A stretch of 63,947 bases of DNA, counting the filler, from Conidiobolus incongruus B7586 (lineage: Eukaryota), in the NCBI GenBank assembly GCA_000697335.1. It is 7 parts of 7 records of this genome, joined end to end, with 100 filler letters (N's around TTAATTAATTAA, not from the genome) between each part and the next. Parts side by side here need not be neighbours in the genome. Positions count along the whole stretch, not along the records: positions 47,788 to 55,667 come from JNEM01006155.1; positions 55,768 to 60,452 come from JNEM01006157.1; positions 60,553 to 62,568 come from JNEM01006162.1; positions 62,669 to 63,947 come from JNEM01006182.1; 3 more parts are not named here. One strand, given 5' to 3'. The notes below the pieces were generated by a model. That model was not told the origin of the DNA. It saw nothing but the letters and a program-made list of their open reading frames with translations, and ran no database searches. A program made the position numbers and the translations under genes. Positions 55,101-63,947 of the stretch are shown here, in pieces. How positions within the stretch are numbered: the first letter of the stretch is position 1; every line of letters begins with the position of its first letter.

Positions 55101-57079
55101 ATATTAATATATTGTTAACATTAAAATGTAATAATATATTGAATAATAAAATAATACCACTCCTATTCACATTATTTTGAATATATTAATCCATTCGACT
55201 GGTTTTAACATAGTACAAAAACAAACTATTGGTGATATAGTTGATTCTAGTTAATATATTAAATATACGTATATATTACTCAAACTATTTTGATCACTTT
55301 TTCAAAGTTCAATAATAAATTGATAATTAAATTTAATACTAGTAACACATCACACATTTTTAAAAGTTGACAATAATTAAGATTATTTTATCTAGTTATC
55401 TAGCATTTAAAATCTATTTTATATTTTCAATTTTTATACATTTAATTCATATTTAACAATATAATGACTAATAAATTATTTATTCGATTTGATATGATAG
55501 TTGAAAATATATTTTGATATAATATAGTGCTTCCTAATAATTCAGTCTTAATTTAGTGCAATATTTATTAAATAATTAATATTTTTAATGAATTTTGTTT
55601 TATTATTAATGTACATTGAGAATTTACATTAACTAATATTTTAATAATAAAAACTTTATATTATATANNNNNNNNNNNNNNNNNNNNNNNNNNNNNNNNN
55701 NNNNNNNNNNNTTAATTAATTAANNNNNNNNNNNNNNNNNNNNNNNNNNNNNNNNNNNNNNNNNNNNTAATTTTTTAATATATATAATATAATAGAAGAA
55801 AAGGAAGATATATATATAAGTTTTGTTATTTATATCCTTTTAACTTATAAACCCATAAATTTATAACTTATTTTAGTTAAATTTTAGGTTTTAATATATT
55901 AACCAATAGTTAATAAAATATAATCAAATATAGTTAATTATAATTAAATAATATAGGTAAATTATATATTTTAATTTAACTTGTTTTATTTAAGAATTTT
56001 TTAAGATATAAATAAATATATAAATAATTTTAATTTTATAACTTACTTTTATAGACTAGTGAACATTATATTATAAAAAAACTATTATCATATTATATAA
56101 AATTCAATATCAAAAATAATCCTGTAAGTGATATTATAAAAAAAATTATTATTATATTTGAATATTCAATATTTTCAAAAAAAGGAATCATTTTAATAAA
56201 TGATATTACTAAAATTAACTCTGTTTTAGATTAAATTAAATTAATATTTAGGCAATAATATTTACATTTATTCTTTAGTTTTTAGTTTTTGGAATTATAT
56301 TCATATTTTTGAAATAATAAAATATATTTGTGTTATATATTTAATTATAATCCTTGATATTTTAAGTTTTATTTTGGCAACTAACAGCTAATATGTTATA
56401 AGATATAAAGATTAAAATTGTATATTTTTTTTATTTTTGAGATTTAAGAATTTTTGCAATATTTATTAATTAAAAACAGTAAAAATTAAGATTAATTTTT
56501 TAATCCTCTATTATTAGTACTAGATATCTAATTTTATTAATTATGCACAATTATATGAAATATATTGATTTTAAGTTAAACTTTACTTTATTATAAACAA
56601 GGTTTATAATTATCATGAAATAAAATATGTATATCAAATATCATTATTATTATTATCATTATTGATAAAATGAAAACATTACGACCACCTTGAAAAATGC
56701 TTTACACTAATTCTTATTTCGAAATCAATTTGATCGAACGAATTAATATATTCTATTTCAAAATATATGTTATTTACAATAATTTTAAAACATCATTCAT
56801 TCAGACCAGTCAAAATTTTAAATAATATAATATATAATATTTTTTAATTAATGCAATCAATGATAATAGAATAATCAATCTACAAATATTAAAATTCGAT
56901 TAATTATTTTTTTAAAAAACATACTTCAGTATAAAATTTTATGATTTATTCAATGTTAAGCTATTGTTCAGATTTTCACTTGGAGAACCTGAATTATAAA
57001 TTGCTTTATTTGCTACACTTTTATTTATATATCAATAAATTATCAAATTAATTTAATGCTGTCAGAATATTTACAATCA

Positions 57080-58100
57080 GATAGAAAAAGAGATCAAAGT
57101 ACTCTTGAACGAAGATTTTATAATTGAATTGGCTATAATAACCAAGCCATTTTGGGCTTCAACTGATTTTCTTTCAGTTTCGTGGTATTGTTTGATTTCT
57201 CTGATAGATTGTAAATGGTATGGGAGACAAGTTTCAAAAGCGGTTTAAATTCTTGATAGTTCAATTTTGTACTTTTAATGGGAATTAAAGCCTTTAAAGG
57301 TATTTCATACATCTTGGAAGTGTCGATATTGTATTAAATTGTTAAGCTCAAATGATGATGTGTCAAATAAGAGATCCTTTTCTTTTATACTAAAACTAAA
57401 TAAAGCATTTCTCTTTGATGGACAATTATTTTTCATGACTTTCCAATAATTGAGTAGATTTCAGATTCTAAATTTCTAGTTTTAGAAGATTCGATAACAA
57501 TATCTTGTAATCATTTACCTCATGAGTTAATCCAATTAAGGTAATCAAAATTCCATTTTATATAAACTAGAAATTAGCTTGTATCAAAATCATTAATCGA
57601 TATGAAAATTTTCAAATCAAATACATTATTTTATTCAAAGGTTGAATAACTATTGATTTATTCATTTTATATTGTTATGATGAAAATGATGTATTTGAAA
57701 TCTATGAATTACAATTAACCAATTTTCTAACATGAAATCTTTTTTTGAATAGTATGAAAATATATTTGGATGTGGCAGTATTTTGACACTCTCAATGATG
57801 TAATTAACTTGGTAGAGTATTATCAAAGTATACTTCTCTTTCAGGTAATCCAAACCAAAATGAGTAATTTGCATATCCGATTTATCGAAATGTGTTCAAA
57901 ATATATACATTCCTTGAAATGATATTTGAGCCAATTATATATAAATACAGATACTTTGAATATATAGCAACTGTGAAGCTGATAATGATCTTGTAAATTC
58001 TGGCATAGTTATAGAAATTTCTCTGTTTATATCATTTACTGTTTCAATAAAAGTTATAATGTAATCCCACCAAAAACCATATAAGGTGTAATCAACTTTT
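57080..58100 (-). pseudogene. Decayed gene of unknown family, copy 1 (boundaries approximate)
   Basis: Minus-strand peptides YIKWNFDYL (~57538-57564) and IREIKQYHETERKSVEAQNGLVIIANSIIKSSFK (~57104-57205) are homologous to copy 2. It is interrupted by stops and frameshifts. Confidence 0.6.
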
Positions 58101-58909
58101 TTATGAAAAATATAGATGAAAAGTAAAATTTTTTAAAATAATTTAATTGCAGCTTTATATTATAACACATAATCAATAAGATATATAGAACATGATAATC
58201 AAAATACTGTTCATTTTGTTTTTAAAAATAACTCTTAAAATTATTTTCTTCGTTAAATATATCGAGATTAATATTGCAATTAATAAAAATTCAAAATTTT
58301 TGACTAAAATTACCTTTGGAAAATACATTAAAATATGAGTATGTACTAGTGAAAGTTTCTCAACCTCGATTTATATAAGATTTGCTAACTCGAATAGAAA
58401 AATATATTGTCACTATCATGAAGAAATTATTGTATTGGTATTATTTTTTTTAAAATTATTCAAAAATAATTCGATTAGATAAATACGAAATATACATTTT
58501 TGAATTCTATATCTTCATACATTAAACATGCTATCCCTGAAATCATGTATTCTGAATTCTAAATCTGAAATATTAATTTAATAATAAAATCACAATCGGT
58601 TCGACGCTTTGAAATTGACCAAATATTATATAAATAAATTGAATTGAGGATATTTAAATTGAAAAATATTCAATATACAAGGTTTCATGACTAATTGTCT
58701 GGTATTGGTTATAGATATCATTTACAAAATTATAAATCAATCCTATATTTTATGAAATATATATATAATCAGAGTATTAAGTCAGAGAATACCAATTTTC
58801 AGTACATAAATGGCTTGAATAAATCAAATCTTAATTTCAATGGTTTAGAGTGGATTTATTATTACTAGCTAATAAAAATTTTAAGATAAATTTACAAATA
58901 CAAAGAATA

Positions 58910-59990
58910 CATGATGTATGCAGCTTAAACGAAGTTCTTTTAACCCAATTCGTAATTACAACCAATTCATTTTAGGCTTTAGTTGGATGTAGTTTGGTTT
59001 CTCGGAATTGTTTAATATCTCTGAAGACTTTGTGGTTGAATGTGAGGTACCTAGAGAGAGTTGCGTATATCTCTTTTGTTTTAAATTGGTATTTTTACTG
59101 ATAATGAGCTTCTTCAAATTGAGCTTAAACATTTTAGTAGTAGAAATTACAAATTGATTATTTGACTGAATTGAAGATGTTTGAGTAACAAAGTATCTAC
59201 CTTTTATATTGAAAATAATCAAAATTATTAACTACCCAACATACTGGATTGCAGATATTTAGATTAACATAGTCAACAGCAGAGTTGAATATAAATGGAA
59301 AGTACCTACTATATATATATTTATGGGTATAACTTGAGATTTTGTTATATTCTTAATTAATCTTTATAAGGTAATCAAAATTGCATTTGATATACTTTGA
59401 AATTAATTCATTCCAAAGTGGATATGTAAAATAAATTTAAATAATGGATGAAATAAATGACTCAATTTTAATAGTTAAACAAAGGAGTATTGGTATTGGT
59501 ATAAGAGATAATTTAACATATTTGAAATTTATAGAATTTATGACAGAAAAAAACTGATTTCATATACTTGCACTTAAAGTTTGGTATGTCATACATTGCT
59601 TTATAATATCATAGTCAAAATATTAGACACTTTGAATGCGATTTAGATGATGTAAATTGACAGTTAATGTTCTAGTTTCTAAAGAGGGGATATGATGCCC
59701 AATTAGAATTTATTATTTGAATGTTAGGGTAAATATCAATCATCAAAAAATTGAAAATTTTACAATTCTATTTTTCTCGATATGTCAATTTTTAATTATT
59801 AAAATCTAGTGTGTCTTTGATTTTAAAATATACTACTTCTGATGATTCCTAGAACAATTACCTTTGATATGTATCATTAATTCATATTATATTTTTTTGA
59901 TCATTCAATATTTAAATTTCAAAATTTGTGATACTTGTAATAAAAATGAAATCATTAAAAAATTAGATCACATGTTGTTTTTTAAGATTT
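58910..59990 (-). pseudogene. Decayed gene of unknown family, copy 2 (boundaries approximate)
   Basis: YIKCNFDYL (~59368-59394) and FRDIKQFRETKLHPTKA*NELVVITNWVKRTSFK (~58923-59024), offset ~1.82-1.83 kb from copy 1. Confidence 0.6.
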
Positions 59991-60046
59991 GAATTTATCA
60001 ATTTTGTTGTCTAGATCTTAGTTTTAAAATAATTCAAATTCATAAT

Positions 60047-60879
60047 TGTCAATGGCCTCTAGGATCCGCCAATGAGGGGCCGAGGGATTCGTCACGAGGT
60101 CATCACATCGATGTATAAGGATTCCCCAACTCAGTAATAAACATAAGCGCATGATCCAACGATTAATCCCAGTAGTCACCCAAATTCCCCCCAGCTAATC
60201 ATTATACATAGAACGGCGACGACGAATACAATTGAGGATACCTGTATAGGTTCCGCAAGGGGGGTCTCTTTTAGGACTATAGGGGAGAAAATGTAACGAA
60301 GCATTACCATAATGTATGTTCTTATGATAAGGTGCTCTGATTTCGAGAGAGAGAGAGTTTATTAGTTCTTTGGATCTTTCAAGGAATGACCAGAATAGTT
60401 GAGTAAACTATTCTGGTGTTTTCTTTTATGTTTCCTTATTCTATACTAATTGNNNNNNNNNNNNNNNNNNNNNNNNNNNNNNNNNNNNNNNNNNNNTTAA
60501 TTAATTAANNNNNNNNNNNNNNNNNNNNNNNNNNNNNNNNNNNNNNNNNNNNCTTCTGGAAAGTAGTCTTGCGATAAAGATCACGTGAGCTCGATGAAAC
60601 GGGCCAAAGAAGGCTAACTAGATACTTTAGAGGAGTTTTATTAAAATAGCAAGATCTAGGGCTTGGCCCTGATCGAAGTGATCCCCCAGCAAATATCTGT
60701 CCAGTGACTATTTTATAGTGTGGTTGATCCTTGGCCAATGTGTTGAGGCTCCAGCTTCTGCTATAGTCTGGAATTTTCCATTGTGCAAGGGTTGTTCCTG
60801 ATATTTGTGAGTGGATTACATCTGGAATCTTGACGGACGGTTAAAATTGAAAGGCGAGCGGACCTCCCGATCCGCGACA
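60047..60879. mobile_element. Probable ends of a young, unmutated LTR-like repeat flanking an assembly gap
   Basis: An abrupt GC/CpG-rich block starts TGTC (60047) and ends GACA (60879) on either side of the gap. No matching TSD or coding domain is seen. Confidence 0.4.
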
Positions 60880-61718
60880 ATATGTTTGAAAAATCAGAAA
60901 TAAAAAATTTCCCATTATTTCAAATTTATGGTAATACTAAAATATAAAATTTAAAAACAAAAAAATAAAATATATTTGATAATTTTTTAAATTCAGGTTA
61001 ATATTGATCTGAAACAAGGTATATCAATATTATGTTATATAGTTTATACTCTCAAATTCATTATATATTTATATAATTCAGTTTTTTAAACAAAATATAA
61101 CGTGAATATAAGTTAATTTATTGAAATTAATTTAAGTATATCTTGGCTAAAAATTAATAATATATTTAGCACTGGCATTTTATAATATTATTAATATTAG
61201 GTTAAAAAATAGTTAAGACTTCTTGATAGAGTTATTGGTAACTACATACGTATGGGATATTAAAAAGTGTAGTATATTCTATATTTCCAAAATTAAATAT
61301 AAATATTTTAAGGTTGAAATACTTTGCATTAGGAAACGGAATTTTATTGTTTCCAAATTTGTTTAATCAAAATTTCTTTTATTTTACAATTTAATATTTG
61401 AAAAAATATTATAAATAATTAAATCATTGAAAGATAATATATTTTTCCTTTCTTGAATATTATTAATAGTCAAAAAATAAAGAAAATTGATTCCATCCAT
61501 ATATAAAATATAAATCGAAATTGTAGTAATTTTGATTACTAAGTAATAAATCTTATACTTCAATTATTAATATCAATGTAATATATAAGTAAGAATTCCA
61601 TTGTATATAAATGTTGATTTTAATTGTCGAGTTGATCTATTTACCTTAATAAAAGTTCAATAAATATAATATATTTTAATATAAAAAATTCAATATTTTT
61701 CAAATTTAAAAATTAACG

Positions 61719-61838
61719 AGACTTGTTAATTCTAATCCGAGAGACCTAATCGCGATTCCCGCTGACATTTTTATTGCCGAGTATCGAACTACGATCCTCG
61801 AGCTGCCACTAGCGCTAATCTACTCGGCCCGCAAGCCT
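61719..61838 (-). ncRNA. Candidate tRNA-derived structured RNA / SINE head (120 nt)
   Basis: Minus strand has GGCCGAGTAGATTAGCGC (tRNA D-arm/A-box-like) and AGTTCGATAC (B-box-like). It has an 8-bp helix GCCGAGTA/TACTCGGC, a terminal helix AGGCTTG/CAAGTCT and T5 just downstream. Confidence 0.4.
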
Positions 61839-62668
61839 TAATTTTAATATAAATAAAATCTATTTATCTATCTAAAAGCAAACAGGATTGATCCATATTT
61901 AGAAGATGAATTGATTGGGTTTAATTATATTTCATTGATATACACAAAGTTAAGATTATATGAGCATAGTATATATATGTTAATATGATAAAATCAAAAA
62001 ATATTGAGCAGTTATTATATAAAATGTTGCGCTGCACTAAGTTTTTTGTATGTTAATCTTTATATATTTTTGATATTTAAACTTTTATTTTACCAGCTGT
62101 CCTTGTAATAAATTTTCATTGAATTTCTTAACTATCAATATGCAAGATTAAAAAATAATCAAAATAATTATATATATATATATATTATCTCAAATTGATA
62201 ATGAGATTTTTAACATTATAATTTATGAAAAAAAGAATATTATGTTACATTGATGTTACAACTCCATATCCATTACAAGCATAACAAAGATTAATATTTC
62301 GAAATCAATTACATGTAATACACTGAAAAAGCTCTCCTAATTAAATGACAAAGAGCTTAATGTTAATTTTTAATAATTATGAAATATTGTAATAAAAATA
62401 TTTTTGAATGTCATTACAAGATAAGAAGACGTAAGAGAGATTTTATCAATATTTAATTAGATATAATGGATGTATCTCATTGATATGATTTTGATCACAA
62501 TTCATATTAGTAATCAATCTGTATTATTTGATAATTATACTGATGTGATAAATTCAATTTTTGCAATTNNNNNNNNNNNNNNNNNNNNNNNNNNNNNNNN
62601 NNNNNNNNNNNNTTAATTAATTAANNNNNNNNNNNNNNNNNNNNNNNNNNNNNNNNNNNNNNNNNNNN

Positions 62669-63440
62669 TAAATATAATTATAATAATAAAAGGGTTATTG
62701 ATATAATGTAAAGAAAAACTTAATATAAGGGTAATATAATATAATACATAGTAATATAATATGGGATATAATATAAATATATAAATAAAGTTTAATTAAG
62801 CTTTAAACTGGGATGAGTCACAAATATATTAAAATTTATATTAGCTAGTGCTAATATACTATAATACTAATAAAATATAGTCTTAATCTTAAAAATAATA
62901 AAAAAGATAAGAAATAGTAAAAATTATGAAGAAAAAGAAAAATCTAATTTATTAAATAATTTAATATTATTTATATAATTAATTTAACTATAAAAGTATA
63001 AATTAATTATATAATTTATAATTAGTTGAATTATAAAAAAATATATATTAAAATTTAAAACACTATATTTTTAATATTTTTTTAGTAAATTTCTTAAAGG
63101 AGACACACTTTTTAGATTTTTACAAAAAAATATAATAAGCTAAGATATTCTCAATATTTTTTAAAGGTTTTTATATAATTTTTTTAATAAAGTAACCTAT
63201 TTACTCTATATTAAAATAAAGCTTGTTCCTAATAAATTTAAATTTAATTATATAATTAATATACTATTTTTATTCTTTATTTTAATTAATAATTAAATTT
63301 AATTTTAGAGTTTTTAATTCATTAAAAAATATATTAAAATTTTCAAAACAGGGCTTGATTTTAATTGTAAAAGATAAAGTTAATCCTTAAAGTTAAAAGT
63401 AATTCTAAGGTAATATTAGTATAAAAATTAAATTATGGTA
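62669..63440 (-). mobile_element. Truncated 3' fragment of a family B chromovirus (LTR 62669-63076 plus integrase/chromodomain end)
   Basis: 63077-63280 is the reverse complement of ~46930-47131 (for example GGAGACACACT against GAGTGTGTCTC). The LTR shares AAAGTTTAATTAAGCTT and GGATGAGTCAC. The right boundary is approximate. Confidence 0.88.
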
Positions 63441-63537
63441 TAATTTTAAGATTGAAATTAAACAAATAAAATAAAAAATAATATATTTAAAAAATAATAA
63501 ATAATATAAAATTAATATCTTCTTTTATTATTAATAA

Positions 63538-63936
63538 TGTTAAGAGACTAGTTCTCTAAATTCTTATATATATTTTTATATAATTTAATTAACTATAAAT
63601 TATATGATTAATTTATACTTTTATAGCTAAATTAATTGTATAAATAGCATTGAATTATCTAATAAACTAGGTTCTTCTTTTTTCCTCTCAATTCTTACTA
63701 TTTTTACTTTTACACTATTTCTAAGATTGAGACTATATTCTGTCAATATTATAGGATATTGGCACTACCTAATATAAATCTTAATATATCAGTGACTCAC
63801 CCTAGTTTGAAGCTTAATTAAACTTTGTTTACACTTGCACACTACAGCCACATTATATTACCACATTCTGCACCACACTACTTTTATATTAAGTCTTCCT
63901 CTGCACTATATTAGTTTAACTACCACTATGCTTACA
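63538..63936 (+). repeat. 5' LTR of another family B copy running off the window
   Basis: Intact TGTTAAG...CTTACA termini, followed directly by a PBS. Confidence 0.95.
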
Positions 63937-63947
63937 TGGTAGCAGCT
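63937..63947 (+). other. Primer-binding site, initiator tRNA-Met type
   Basis: TGGTAGCAGCT directly follows the LTR terminal CA. TGGTAGC is complementary to the 3' end GCUACCA of eukaryotic initiator tRNA-Met. Confidence 0.75.

Noticed and set aside
57080..59990. Alternative genetic code (TAA/TAG = Gln) as the explanation for in-frame stops
   Set aside because: Intact genes (CSL, Med23, TspO paralogue 2, the I9-like gene) end at TAA and use CAA/CAG internally without in-frame stops. Pseudogenisation is the simpler explanation.
60505..60738. 77-aa ORF running into Ns
   Set aside because: TTG start, extends into the gap and stops in the artificial linker.

Overview
Very AT-rich eukaryotic DNA, almost certainly fungal. 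It is joined from 7 segments by six 100-nt N-spacers, each carrying an artificial TTAATTAATTAA linker. Seven intact protein genes are supported: a C2H2 zinc-finger TF, two tandem TspO/MBR paralogues, a CSL (CBF1/Su(H)/LAG-1) TF, a 3-exon Mediator subunit Med23, a secreted Lys-Pro/Thr/acidic-Cys repeat protein, and a small peptidase-inhibitor-I9-like protein. Med23 together with CSL points to an early-diverging (non-Dikarya) fungus; this is inference. Two near-complete Ty3/Gypsy retrotransposons are present, one a chromovirus with LTRs, TSD and chromodomain, plus four more LTR copies of the chromovirus family. The standout signal is repeat-restricted C>T/G>A hypermutation. CpG is erased, Trp codons have become stops, the RT YxDD has become YxDN in both elements, and the six LTR copies form a graded mutation series. 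This suggests a RIP-like genome defence in a lineage where canonical RIP is not established. Also seen: a tRNA-like structured 120-nt ncRNA candidate, a tandem pair of decayed paralogous genes, and several unexplained GC-rich islands. All alignments and counts were done by eye.
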